A stretch of DNA of 64,000 bases from Eledone cirrhosa (taxonomy: Eukaryota): positions 90,024,001-90,088,000 of the forward strand of contig OZ024742.1 of the NCBI GenBank assembly GCA_964016885.1, read 5' to 3'. The notes under the pieces are model-generated. The model was given only the letters and a program-made list of their open reading frames with translations, was not told the origin of the DNA and did not search any database. Shown one piece after another: positions 12,563-24,629 of this stretch. The position numbers and the translations under genes are program-made. Within the stretch, counting starts at the first letter, position 1. Each line of letters starts with the position of its first letter.

Positions 12563-14014
12563 TCATCCCTCTCCCACCTCACACTCCATATCTGATTCTG
12601 TGAGGTCGGGGAGGGGTACCAGCTCCACTCTTTCACTTGTTTTTGTTGGTGATGTTTGCACTGGAGTCTCTGTTGCAGCTGCATTTGGTATTGCTGTTGT
12701 TGTTGTTAATATTTCCACTGCTGCTGCTGTTTTTGATTTCCGTGGAGTGGGTATGGGTGCCACGGACCTATCGTTCCTGGTTGCCGCTTGTCCTGTTGCT
12801 GGTAGCCGTGGAGCCGGATTCGGAAGGAGGGGGGTTTTCTCCTTTCTCAGGGTCTTCTCGTTGCAGAAGGCCCTGAGGTGAGTCTTCGATCCACAGCGAA
12901 AGCATTTCGGGCGTTTGCCCTCAACACTTATGGGCAGTTGAGTGCCGTTATCGAAGTCTATCACATCCGGGATAGCTTCGATGCACTCCTGGTTGGTTTG
13001 GATTAGCATCTCAATGGAGGAGCCGACCCAATCTTCTCTTACTTTTTTCTGTACTTGCAGTACAGTTGTTTTGTCCTCGATTCCGACGAGGACAGACGCG
13101 GCCAGCCAAGAAGGGGTCATTCCGGGGGGGACGTGGGTCAGTTTGACCCTCACAATTTTTTGCCCGCAGTAGGAGGGCACCAACACCATTTCCTCGCTCC
13201 TTAGGATCACTACTGATTGGGCCTTTGCCTCCTGGGGTGTGGCAAAAAGTACGTCTACGGTGGCATATTTTTTGCCTCGGGTGATGTGCGTTTTCCGCTG
13301 CCACACAGACCCCAAGGCTTTTTGTATTTGGGCCTCTGTGGCTCTTTCCAGCCTACGGGATTTTGTACTTACTGTACGGTACGTGACCGTACAGTGCTCT
13401 TGGGTTTCGAAAAATTTTTCCGCTGCCTTGCAGATTGCTCGGTGTCCGTTCTTTGTCACCATCTTCTTCGCTTCCTCTAATTCCTCATTTGTTATGAGGA
13501 TTGTTTCCAAGTTTTTCGCAATACCTGCAAATGAGATTGGTTTTTCTCTGCTGTTGTTGTTGTCGTCAGAGCTGCTGGTACTTTTGTTGTTGCTGCAGGT
13601 ACTACGACTACTGCCTCCGCCGCTGTTGCTGTGGTTGTTGTTGGTGTTGCTGCTGCTAATGCTGTTGTTGTTTATGCTGCTGGTGATGCTGTTGCGGCTG
13701 CTACTGTTGTTTTCATTGTCACCGTTGCTGTTATTATTACGGCTGCTACTGCTATTATTCCTGACGTCAGACGAATGAACTGGGTTTTCGTATTTCCCGC
13801 ACACCTGTTTCGTCGCTGTCGTCGTGGAGAAACCTTGCACGCTTTGCACGAGACTTTTCTTTTCTTTCGTCACTTGCGAAAGAGGAGGGAGGGAGAGAGA
13901 CACATTTAAAGAAGGGAGGGAGAGAGACAATCTTCTCTCTGCTGTAGTGATGATTGAGGAAGAAGAAGACGGAATGAGTGGGAGTGACGTATGAAATTTC
14001 TTTTTCGTAGCCAT
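12563..14014 (-). CDS. Tx1-like ORF1 (gag-like nucleic-acid-binding protein with CCHC zinc knuckle), N-terminal part
   Basis: 483-aa ORF containing CFRCGSKTHLRAFC. It ends at a TGG-to-TGA change (copy 2 reads EGWQK...), so it originally continued into the 11924-12514 ORF. Confidence 0.8.
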   Translation of the reverse strand: MATKKKFHTSLPLIPSSSSSIITTAERRLSLSLPSLNVSLSLPPLSQVTKEKKSLVQSVQGFSTTTATKQVCGKYENPVHSSDVRNNSSSSRNNNSNGDNENNSSSRNSITSSINNNSISSSNTNNNHSNSGGGSSRSTCSNNKSTSSSDDNNNSREKPISFAGIAKNLETILITNEELEEAKKMVTKNGHRAICKAAEKFFETQEHCTVTYRTVSTKSRRLERATEAQIQKALGSVWQRKTHITRGKKYATVDVLFATPQEAKAQSVVILRSEEMVLVPSYCGQKIVRVKLTHVPPGMTPSWLAASVLVGIEDKTTVLQVQKKVREDWVGSSIEMLIQTNQECIEAIPDVIDFDNGTQLPISVEGKRPKCFRCGSKTHLRAFCNEKTLRKEKTPLLPNPAPRLPATGQAATRNDRSVAPIPTPRKSKTAAAVEILTTTTAIPNAAATETPVQTSPTKTSERVELVPLPDLTESDMECEVGEG

Positions 14015-14229
14015 GTTGTTTTTTGTTTAAAATGAAATTTTGGGTACAAAACCCCAATAACTGGTTATTTAACCCCGAAGGGCCAAATAACGGACAGAAA
14101 GACCCCTCTCACGGGGAGGAGGGTGTCTTTATCAACAATTTGGTTCAAGTTTTAAACAATTTACAATTGTTTTAACGGTTAAAAATTACTATACCTTACA
14201 GAGCCGAGCCTCCGTCAACCATGGCATTC

Positions 14230-14286
<57 letters not shown>
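14230..14286. repeat. (AAT)n microsatellite (target tract)
   Basis: Similar AAT tracts separate the elements at about 15221, 16189, 19645, 20831, 24529, 31347, 37366, 38461 and 38658. Confidence 0.97.
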
Positions 14287-14289
<3 letters not shown>

Positions 14290-15220
14290 GAACTGCTACA
14301 GAAACTGGCTGAGAAATGGCAAGAAAAGCCTCTGTATGGAAAATACCCGGAGCGAGCTAACAATCCTGATGTTGACAAAACTTTAACCCATCAGTGGTTG
14401 GCATCCTCTGGACTGAAATCGGAGACTGAAGGACTGATTATATCCGCACAAGATCAGTGTCTGCCAACAAAAAATTACCAAGCCAACATAATAAAAAATG
14501 GGTGCAGCCCATTATGCCGTGTATGCAAAAAACAACCAGAGACCATTGACCATATAATTTCAATATGCAGTCCTATAGCTCCAACCGAATACCTAAACAG
14601 GCATGACAGAGCTGCAAAATACATACATTGGATAATGTGTAACCATTTTGACCTGCCCCGTCAAAAGAATTGGTGGGAGCATCAACCACCTCCCATACTT
14701 GAAAAAGATCACATCTCAATCTTGTGGAACTTTAGCATCCAAACAGACCGAAAAATAGATGCAAATAGACCTGATGTAATATTGAAGGACTTTCAAAGGA
14801 GGGTATGCCTGCTAATTGATATGTCTGTTCCTATAGACAAGAATGTATCTATAAAAACATTTGAAAGATTGAGCAAGTATAAGGACCTGGAGATAGAAAT
14901 TGGAAAAATGTGGAAATTGAGAACTAAAACAATACCAGTGGTTGTAGGCGCTCTGGGAATGATGCCTAAGGGATCTAACGACTACTTATCGCAAATCCCA
15001 GGAAACCCGCGTATAGGAGAAATACAAAAGATAGTACTAATGGGAACTGCCCATATACTAAGGAAGATCCTGTCAATATAAGTACATCACAAGTCTAAAC
15101 ACTAAGGATGCATGTGTGAATATATATGTTCTTTCTTGAACATGGCGGACCTTGTTGTCTCTTGAGGTCACTGGTTGTGACTTGGTGATAACTCGTATGA
15201 ACATAAAGCAAGATAAATGC
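14287..15220 (+). mobile_element. R4/Dong-like RLE retrotransposon family A, 5'-truncated copy A1
   Basis: Encodes CCHC (CRVCKKQPETIDHIISIC), RHD, RPDVI...LIDMSVP and KYKDL. Its 3' UTR matches the other family A copies, and it is flanked by (AAT)n. Confidence 0.92.
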
Positions 15221-15245
15221 AAATAATAATAATAATAATAATAAT

Positions 15246-16183
15246 AAAGAAAGAACTGCTACAGAAACTGGCTAAGAAATGGCAAGAAAAGCCTCTGTAT
15301 GGAAAATACACAGAGCGAGCTAACAATCCTGATGTTGACAAAACTTTAACCCATCAGTGGTTGGCATCCTCTGGACTGAAATCGGAGACTGAAGGACTGA
15401 TTATATCAGCACAAGATCAGTGTCTGCCAACAAAAAATTACCAAGCCAACATAATAAAAAATGGATGCAGCCCATTATGCCGTGTATGCAAAAAACAACC
15501 AGAGACCATTGACCATATAATTTCAATATGCAGTCCTATAGCTCCAACCGAATACCTAAACAGGCATGACAGAACTGCACAATACATACATTGGATAATG
15601 TGTAAGCATTTTGACCTGCCCCATCAAAAGAGTTGGTGGGAGCATCAACCACCTCCCATACTTGAAAAAGATCACATCTCAATCTTGTGGAACTTTAGCA
15701 GCCAAACAGACCGAAAAATAGATGCAAATAGACCTGATATAATATTGAAGGACTTTAAAAAGAGGGTATTCCTGCTAATTGATATGTCTGTTCCAATAGA
15801 CAAGAATGTATCTATAAAAACATTTGAAAAATTGAGCAAGTATAAGGACCTGGAGATAGAAATTGGAAAAATGTGGAAATTGAGAACTAAAACAATACCA
15901 GTGGTTGTAGGCGCTCTGGGAATGATACCTAAGGGGTCTAATGATTACTTATCGCAGATCCCAGGATACCCGCGTATAGGAGAAATACAAAAGATAGTAC
16001 TAATGGGAACTGCCCATATACCAAGGAAGATTCTGTCAATATAAGTACATCACAAGTCTAAACACTAAAGATGCATGTATGAGTATGTATGTTCTTCCTT
16101 GAACATGGCGGACCTTGTTGTCTCTTGAGGTCACTGGTTGTGACTTGGTGATAACTCGTATGAACATAAAGCAAGATAAATGC
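15246..16183 (+). mobile_element. R4/Dong-like family A, 5'-truncated copy A2
   Basis: Near-identical to A1, with almost the same truncation point; flanked by (AAT)n. Confidence 0.92.
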
Positions 16184-16187
16184 TACT

Positions 16188-16232
<45 letters not shown>

Positions 16233-16234
<2 letters not shown>

Positions 16235-19200
16235 TGTAAGAAAAAAGTTACTAACTGATATAGAAATTGATCAGATCAAGCTAGTAGCACAAAGTCAGCG
16301 AAGGGAAAATGAAGCATGTGTCAGTGAAAACGAGGTAAACTGTAACACTTCGAATCCCAGAGTTGGGGCGGAATCACTGGCAACAGAACAAATTAAAGAA
16401 AGGAGCGAAAAAGTGGAGGGAGTGCATGCTCAGGATGAAACTCCAAATGAAAATAATGAGATCGTAAATGATAAAGAAATGAATGAGAATGAACTTGCCA
16501 ACTTGAAGGATGAAATTATGATCGAATGGATGAAAATGAAAGAATCTGACATGGGGGAACGAGACACCCTCCCTAAGATCCAGAACTCCAAACAGAACCA
16601 AAAGATAATACACAAGACTAACATAATTCTCAAAAACATTATCATCACAAACAAAATAAACATTACTGACTTAAATCATCTCTATTATGCATCGGCTAAA
16701 GTCACCACTCACTTATGTGGAGTGAAGATGAAAAAACAAAGGAATTCCCACAAGAAATCTACTTGGCAAGATAACATCAATCGCCAAATAAACCTTCTCC
16801 GATCTGACATAGAAATTTTAACAAACTATAAAGTAGGTGAACATGTTAAACAAACTAAACTTAGAAAATTGAAAAGAAAGTACAGTATAAGATCAACATG
16901 TGACATAGACATGCTGATAGAAACAATCAAGCAAAAAGTGTCGGCCAAAGCTGCTCGTATAAGGCGCTTTGAAAAACGATCTAGATTCTATAAGGACAAT
17001 AATATGTTCAAAAACAACCAAAGAAACTTCTACAGAAAAATTGGTAAGTCAACAATAACTGCTAAATCAATACCACCCAAGGAGGAAGTGCAAGAATTCT
17101 GGGAAAAGATCTGGGCCGAAGAAAAAGTTCATAACATACATGCCCCATGGATAGACAGACAAATGAAAGAAACAGCTCACCTTGAAGACCAAACATGGGA
17201 AAATATAACAGTTGAACAGCTGCGCTTGGCTCTAAGAAAAACCAGCAAATGGAAATCCCCAGGAAAAGACAAAATACAAAACTTTTGGATAAATGCCTTC
17301 ACAGAGTCTCATGAGCTGTTAGCCCAACTTTACAATGAAATAGTTAAGGAGCCAGAAAAGATACCATCATGGCTAGTTAACGGCATTACATTCCTGCTAC
17401 CGAAGAATGATGAGACAAACAATCCCAAAAGTTACAGACCGATAACCTGCTTGACCACAATGTATAAAATTTTAACATCAGTCCTAACTGAATACACATA
17501 TGACCACCTGATAACAAATGACCTATTTCCCATTGAGCAGAAAGGGTGTAAACGAGGCTCATATGGCTGTAAGGATCAGCTTCTGGTTAACAAAATGATA
17601 CTGGAAGATTGTCATAATAGACACAAAAATCTATCGATTGCTTGGATAGATTATAAAAAAGCATTTGATAGTTTGCCACACAGTTGGATTGAAAAATGTT
17701 TAGAGATTTTCAAAATATCCCCCGTTGTCAGGAGGTTTTTGTCATTCAGTATGAGGACATGGAGAACGACACTCCTTTTGAATAGTGAAACAAAATCACT
17801 GGAAGCTGGAGAAGTTAACATTAATTGTGGAATTTTTCAGGGTGACTCTTTATCACCGCTTTTATTCTGCATCGCACTTATACCATTAAGTAAAATGCTC
17901 AATGAAACAAAACATGGATATAGAGTCTATGACAAAACCATTAATCACCTGTTCTACATGGATGACCTGAAACTATTTGCAAAAAATAATGAACAATTGC
18001 AAGGGCTATTATCCACTGTGAAGCAGTTCAGTGATGACATTAAAATGGAGTTTGGACTGGATAAATGCGCCAAAGCAACGTTCACCAGAGGAAAGCTGCT
18101 GAAGAGTTCAGACATTAATCTTGATCGGGGGAACGTGATAAGAGAGCTTGATCAAGAACAAACTTACAAATATCTAGGTGTTTGTGAAGGAGACGGAATC
18201 AAGCACTCGATAATGAGGGAAAGGATAAGGAAGGAATGTTACCGCAGAGTCAGAGCAATCTTAAGAACGGAATTGAATGCAAGGAATAGGATCGATGCCA
18301 TAAACACACTTGCCATACCAGTAGTAACCTACAGTTACAATGTCATCAACTGGTCAAGCACAGAGATCCGTAGGCTCGATACAAAAATCCGAAAATTCTT
18401 AACCATGCACAGAATGCATCACCCTAAGGCAGACATAGATAGAATATATCTCCCTAGGAAAGAAGGAGGACGTGGGTTAATCCAGTTAGACATTGCGTTG
18501 AAAACTGCAACAATTGGATTATCCACATATCTAAGGGAATCACATGATTGGATGATCAAACTCGTTTTGAAACACGAAAGCACCAAAAGATCATATTCCA
18601 TTACAAAAGATGCACAAAGATACAGTAATGGACTACAAATTTCAGAAGTCCCATTTACTGCTGAAATGGAAAACACAGAAAAAGCAAAGCAGGTAAAAGT
18701 AACTGCAAAGAAAGAACTGCTACAGAAACTGGCTAAGAAATGGCAAGAAAAGCCTCTGTATGGAAAATACCCAGAGCGAGCTAACAATCCTGATGTTGAC
18801 AAAACTTTAACCCATCAGTGGTTGGCATCCTCTGGACTGAAATCGGAGACTGAAGGACTGATTATATCCGCACAAGATCAGTGTCTGCCAACAAAAAATT
18901 ACCAAGCCAACATAATAAAAAATGGGTGCAGCCCACTATGCCGTGTATGCAAAAAACAACCAGAGACCATTGACCATATAATTTCAATGTGCAGTCCTAT
19001 AGCTCCAACCGAATACCTAAACAGGCATGACAGAGCTGCACAATACATACATTGGATAATGTGTAAGCATTTTGACCTGCCCCATCAAAAGAATTGGTGG
19101 GAGCATCAACCACCTCCCATACTTGAAAAAGATCACATCTCAATCTTGTGGAACTTTAGCATCCAAACAGACCGAAAAATAGATGCAAATAGACCTGATA

Positions 19201-19644
19201 TAATATTGAAGGACTTTCAAAGGAGGGTATGCCTGCTAATTGATATGTCTGTTCCAATAGACAAGAATGTATCTATAAAAACATTTGAAAAATTGAGCAA
19301 GTATAAGGACCTGGAGATAGAAATTGGAAAAATGTGGAAATTGAGAACTAAAACAATACCAGTGGTTGTAGGCGCTCTGGGAATGATACCTAAGGGGTCT
19401 AACGACTACTTATCGCAAATCCCAGGAAACCCGCGTATAGGAGAAATACAAAAGATAGTACTAATGGGAACTGCCCATATACTAAGGAAGATCCTGTCAA
19501 TATAAGTACATCACAAGTCTAAACACTAAGGATGCATGTGTGAATATGTGTGTTCTTTCTTGAACATGGCGGACCTTGTTGTCTCTTGAGGTCACTGGTT
19601 GTGACTTGGTGATAACTCGTATAAACATAAAGCAAGATAAATGC
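16233..19644 (+). mobile_element. R4/Dong-like family A, copy A3 (slightly 5'-truncated, ORF uninterrupted)
   Basis: RT + CCHC + RLE in one reading frame, flanked by (AAT)n on both sides. Confidence 0.95.
16413..19505 (+). CDS. Reverse transcriptase / CCHC / PD-(D/E)xK restriction-like endonuclease polyprotein
   Basis: 1030 aa, with the frame open from about 16233. Motifs: YRPITCLTTMYKIL, WIDYKKAFDS, GIFQGDSLSPLLF, YMDD, YKYLG, CRVC..H..C, RHD, RPDII, LIDMSVP, KYKDL. Confidence 0.95.
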   Translation: MEGVHAQDETPNENNEIVNDKEMNENELANLKDEIMIEWMKMKESDMGERDTLPKIQNSKQNQKIIHKTNIILKNIIITNKINITDLNHLYYASAKVTTHLCGVKMKKQRNSHKKSTWQDNINRQINLLRSDIEILTNYKVGEHVKQTKLRKLKRKYSIRSTCDIDMLIETIKQKVSAKAARIRRFEKRSRFYKDNNMFKNNQRNFYRKIGKSTITAKSIPPKEEVQEFWEKIWAEEKVHNIHAPWIDRQMKETAHLEDQTWENITVEQLRLALRKTSKWKSPGKDKIQNFWINAFTESHELLAQLYNEIVKEPEKIPSWLVNGITFLLPKNDETNNPKSYRPITCLTTMYKILTSVLTEYTYDHLITNDLFPIEQKGCKRGSYGCKDQLLVNKMILEDCHNRHKNLSIAWIDYKKAFDSLPHSWIEKCLEIFKISPVVRRFLSFSMRTWRTTLLLNSETKSLEAGEVNINCGIFQGDSLSPLLFCIALIPLSKMLNETKHGYRVYDKTINHLFYMDDLKLFAKNNEQLQGLLSTVKQFSDDIKMEFGLDKCAKATFTRGKLLKSSDINLDRGNVIRELDQEQTYKYLGVCEGDGIKHSIMRERIRKECYRRVRAILRTELNARNRIDAINTLAIPVVTYSYNVINWSSTEIRRLDTKIRKFLTMHRMHHPKADIDRIYLPRKEGGRGLIQLDIALKTATIGLSTYLRESHDWMIKLVLKHESTKRSYSITKDAQRYSNGLQISEVPFTAEMENTEKAKQVKVTAKKELLQKLAKKWQEKPLYGKYPERANNPDVDKTLTHQWLASSGLKSETEGLIISAQDQCLPTKNYQANIIKNGCSPLCRVCKKQPETIDHIISMCSPIAPTEYLNRHDRAAQYIHWIMCKHFDLPHQKNWWEHQPPPILEKDHISILWNFSIQTDRKIDANRPDIILKDFQRRVCLLIDMSVPIDKNVSIKTFEKLSKYKDLEIEIGKMWKLRTKTIPVVVGALGMIPKGSNDYLSQIPGNPRIGEIQKIVLMGTAHILRKILSI

Positions 19645-19669
19645 AAATAATAATAATAATAATAATAAT

Positions 19670-20830
19670 GGGATGGAATGTTGCTGAACATGTTGCTGGA
19701 ATAATAATGAGATGGAATGTTGCTGAACAAAAAGAAATGGATAGGAAGACTAGGAAGCTATTGACTATCTACAACATGTTCCACAAGAGGAGTGATGTCG
19801 ATAGACTCTACCTAAGGAGATCTGAGGGTGGAAGAGGTCTTATCAGCATAGAGGACTGTGTTCAGATGGAGAAAAACAACCTATACAAATACGTGACCTA
19901 TAGTAAGGAGCCAATGCTCAGAACTGTACTGAAGGAGGGGACAGTAGGCCAGGGCATGTCGAAGGAGGAAATAACATCAAGGAGGAAGAGCAGCCTTAAG
20001 GGAAAATCCCTTCATAGTACCTTCTTTGAGAAAACTGAATTTAGAGATCCACAGACATGGAACTGGTTGAGAAGAGGAGACCTCAAAAAGGCTACAGAAG
20101 GAATGCTAATGGCTGCGCAGGAGCAGGCCCTCAAAACGAAGTGGTTGAAGCACCATATCTACAAGGAGGAGGCTAGCCCACTGTGCAGGATCTGTGGAGA
20201 GAGAGAGGAGACTGTGGCTCACATTGTGTCCGAGTGTAAACACCTAGCCCAGACCCACTATAAGGGCTGGAGACACGATGTGATGGGCAGGGTGATCCAC
20301 TGGCACCTGTGCAAAGTAAACAATCTACCACATTCTGAGAAATGGTATGAGCATAGGCCAGAGGCGGTGATGGAGAACAATCAGGTGAAGGTGCTGTGGG
20401 ATTTTAGGATACAGACGGACAAAAAACTGGAACACAATAGACCTGACCTGGTGGTTGTGGACAAAGAAAAAAGATCGTGACTGATTGTGGATGTGGCCTG
20501 CCCGTTCGACACGAGAGTGCAAGAGAAGGAGAGGGATAAAATTAACCGATACCAGGACCTAAAGTGGGAGGTGAAAAGGATTTGGAACTGCCATGAAGTC
20601 AAAGTGATCCCGATTGTCATAGGCGCACTGGGGACTATCTCCAAAAGTTTCCAGGGATGGTTAAAGAAAATCGGCCCCTTCACGCTTTTTGGAACGCTTC
20701 AAAAGGCATGCTTGCTTGGAACAGCAAGAACCCTCCGATACGTCCTGAATATCTGAGGCTGCAGGTAGTGGCTTGATATTCAATCCAACGGACTTTCCAG
20801 TTAACCAACATCAATGACTGAGATTCAAGG
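19670..20830 (+). mobile_element. R4/Dong-like family B, 5'-truncated copy B1
   Basis: CRICGEREETVAHIVSEC, RHD, RPDLVVVD, (stop) LIVDVACP, RYQDL. Near-identical to the 3' part of B2. Confidence 0.9.
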
Positions 20831-20861
20831 AATAACAATAACAATAATAATAATAATAATA

Positions 20862-23800
20862 ATGAAACTTATGCTTATTCATTTTTGGGGCCCTTTCTGC
20901 CTGTGTGTTTGTTTGTTTATGTGTGTTCGTATACAGCGTGGTGATAATGCCACACAAGGGCCAAGTGGAATGGCGGATCCACAGATGGATATGTAACCAT
21001 ACATTCGCCAATCCTCGATAAGAGTGTTTAAATATCGAACATAAACAGTTCGAATAACGTTTAAATGGAGACTAGAACGTCATGTGACAGACTCTCACCC
21101 AACAGGTGCCCCCTGGCTCAGCAGCAGGAACCTGACTGTCAACCAAATACTGCTGATGTTGGAGGAAGGAGAAGAAGGAAAGGGGCCAGAACCAACTGGA
21201 CGAAAGAATTGAATAGAACTGTTATGCAATGTTACCTGAAAAGTAACCCCAAGGAGAGGGGCTACAGGAGACGGATGCATAACATCTGGAACGAGATTGG
21301 TTTATTTAAATTAGATGAACAAAAATTGGCCGGGCAGGCTCGGGTAATAAGAACTAATGGATGGATAAGCGAGCTGGAACTGGAGGAACTGAGCAGAGAG
21401 AATGGCTTGGAGATGGTGGGTGTAGTATGCCAGACAAGCGAGCAAGTGGGAAATGAAGGTGAAGAGGTCCTGAGAACGGAGGAACCACCCGAAGCAGACA
21501 ATGATCTGAATACTGAGATAAATAATACCTGGAACAGAGATACGGCCACTGAGGAGATGAATGCTGACGGGCTAGGACAAGATTCGGTTGACATCCTAAA
21601 TTTAGTGGTAGATGAATTGAACAATGATAGTGGGAGACCTATGAACCTAAGATTTGTAGACAGGAAAAAGTTAAAAGAAACAACAGCTAAGGTAAACAAA
21701 GTCATCCCATACCTTGAGGCGAGGAGCCTTCACCAGTGCAACAATATCCTCAAAGCAACAGCAAATACGGTGAGGAAACTACTTGGTATAAAAGCGAGAG
21801 GAAACAACAGACAAGAAAGAGCAGAGCCGTGGTGGAAGAAGCAACTGAGTGGGCAAATCGGGGAAATGAGAAATGACATAGGAAAGCTTGAGGCACTACT
21901 GAATGGGACACTAAAAAACATAGGCACTAAAAATAGACTGGAAATAAAATACAAAACTAGAGGAAAAAGCTAAATATTATCATAGAGGAACTGAAGCAAC
22001 GCATTGTAGCAAAGAGTGCAAAAATCAGCCGATACGAGAACAGAGTCAGTCAGTATAAACAGAACCGCATGTTCGACAACAACCAGAAGATGCTGTTTGG
22101 ACAGCTTGAGGGGAAAGAAAGAGGCAACGACTTGATCCCTGGGGCGGAGCAAACTAAAACATTCTGGAGAGGAATATGGGAGCAGGATGTTAAACACAAT
22201 GCCCAGGCAGGGTGGATTGAGACAGTACAGAGGGAGATCGGTGAGCAGGCACAACAACAAACTGATTTGAGTATCACAGTTGAAACTCTTAAGGGGCAGG
22301 CCAAAAAACTAACCAACTGGAAATCACCAGGCCCAGATGATGTGCAGGGGTATTGGATTAAACATTTAACATCCCTCCACCCGAAGCTGACGGCCATGTT
22401 CAATGACTGCTTGGTGTCGGATGAGGTGCCAGAGTGGCTGACAAAAGGTACCACAGTTCTGATAATGAAAGACCGAATCAAGGGTAATGATGTTACCAAC
22501 TATAGACCTATCACATGTCTGTCCGTAATGTGGAAACTGTTGACGAGCATTGTGTCTGAGGAAATCTACCATCACCTCCACACAAACTACTTGTTACCGG
22601 ACGAACAGAAAGGATGCCGAAAGAAGTCACGTGGTACAAAGGACCAGTTACTTATTGATAAGATGGTAATGGGGAATTGCAGGAGGAGACACACTGATCT
22701 TGCCATGGGATGGATAGACTACAGAAAGGCATTTGACATGGTGCCTCATTCCTGGATCACCAAAAGCCTGGAGATCTTCAGGGTGGCAGATAACATCAGA
22801 CAGTTGCTAGGCAGGAGTATGGGGTCCTGGGAGACAGAGTTGACATCAACTGGAGTATCCTTGGGAAGCGTGAAGATCAAGAGAGGTATCTTCCAGGGAG
22901 ATAGCCTGTCCCCTCTGTTGTTTGTCCTTGCCCTGATGCCCTTGACCATTATGCTGCGAAAAGTGAGAGCAGGATACAAGTTGGGAAGGGGAGAGCTTAC
23001 CATCAATCACCTCCTCTTCATGGACGATCTTAAGCTCTTCGGGAAAAGTGAGAAGGAGTTGGATGTACTTGTTGACACTGTCCGTATTTTCAGCAGTGAT
23101 ATATGTATGCAGTTTGGTATTGGTAAATGTGGAGTCATTGTGATGAAGAGGGGTAGGTTGAGCAGAAGTAACGGGATCCAGATACCAACAGGTGAGATGA
23201 TAAAGGAAATTGACTCTGAGGAAGGATACAAGTATTTGGGCGTTCTGGAGGCTGATGGCATAAAGAACAAAAAAATGAAGGAATTGTTAAGAACTGAATA
23301 CAATCGGAGAGTAAGGAGCGTATTGAAGTCACATCTGAACAGCAGAAATGCCATAAGCGCAGTAAATTCCCGAGCTGTGTCTATTATTAGGTACAGTGCG
23401 GGAATTCTGAGATGGAATGTTGCTGAACAAAAAGAAATGGATAGGAAGACTAGGAAGCTATTGACTATCTACAACATGTTCCACAAGAGGAGTGATGTCG
23501 ACAGACTCTACCTAAGGAGATCTGAGGGTGGAAGAGGTCTTATCAGCATAGAGGACTGTGTTCAGATGGAGAAAAACAACCTATACAAATACGTGACCTA
23601 TAGTAAGGAGCCAATGCTCAGAACTGTACTGAAGGAGGGGACAGTAGGCCAGGGGATGTCCAAGGAGGAAATAACATCAAGGAGGAAGAGCAGCCTTAAG
23701 GGAAAATCCCTTCATAGTACCTTCTTTGAGAAAACTGAATTTAGAGATCCACAGACATGGAACTGGTTGAGAAGAGGAGACCTCAAAAAGGCTACAGAAG

Positions 23801-24528
23801 GAATGCTAATGGCTGCGCAGGAGCAGGCCCTCAAAACGAAGTGGTTGAAGCACCATATCTACAAGGAGGAGGCTAGCCTACTGTGCAGGATCTGTGGAGA
23901 GAGAGGAGACTGTGGCTCACATTGTGTCCGAGTGTAAACACCTAGCCCAGACCCACTATAAGGGCTGGAGACACGATGTGATCGGCAGGGTGATCCACTG
24001 GCACCTGTGCAAAGTAAACAATTTACCACATTCTGAGAAATGGTATGAGCATAGGCCAGAGGCGGTGATGGAGAACAATCAGGTGAAGGTGCCGTGGGAT
24101 TTTAGGATACAGACGGACAAAAAACTGGAACACAATAGACCTGACTTGGTGGTTGTGGACAAAGAAAAAAGATCGTGTCTGATTGTGGATGTGGCCTGCC
24201 CGTTCGACACGAGAGTGCAAGAGAAGGAGAGGGAGAAAATTAACCGATACCAGGACCTAAAGTGGGAGGTGAAAAGGATTTGGAACTGCCATGAAGTCAA
24301 AGTGATCCCGATTGTCATAGGCGCACTGGGGACTTTCTCCAAAAGCTTCCAGGGATGGTTAAAGAAAATCGGCCCCTTCACGCTTTTTGGAACGCTTCAA
24401 AAGGCATGCTTGCTTGGAACAGGAAGAACCCTCAGATACGTCCTGAATATCTGAGGCTGCAGGTAGTGGCTTGATATTCAATCCAACGGACTTTCCAGTT
24501 AACCAACATCAATGACTGAGATTCAAGG
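20862..24528 (+). mobile_element. R4/Dong-like family B, apparently full-length copy B2 (two frameshifts)
   Basis: ORFs 21065-21973, 22069-23937 and 23894-24454 join into RT (WIDYRKAFD, GIFQGDSLSP, FMDD) + CCHC + RLE. It has a 5' UTR of about 200 bp and (AAT)n on both sides. Confidence 0.93.
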
Positions 24529-24537
24529 AATAACAAC

Positions 24538-24629
<92 letters not shown>

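Larger units (their letters stand above)
11379..14229 (-). mobile_element. Tx1/L1-clade non-LTR retrotransposon, copy 1 (5' UTR + ORF1 + N-terminal APE endonuclease; 3' part missing)
   Basis: ORF1 has a CCHC knuckle. ORF2 starts MTSLRIGSINARGL...VVAISET (APE domain). The copy is collinear with 31381-37365, and its 5' end abuts (AAT)n. Confidence 0.9.

Noticed and set aside
12172-13909. Plus-strand hydrophobic ORFs resembling membrane proteins (also 35331-37055, 56142-56776)
   Set aside because: They are antisense shadows of the low-complexity Thr/Asn/Ser-rich Tx1 ORF1.
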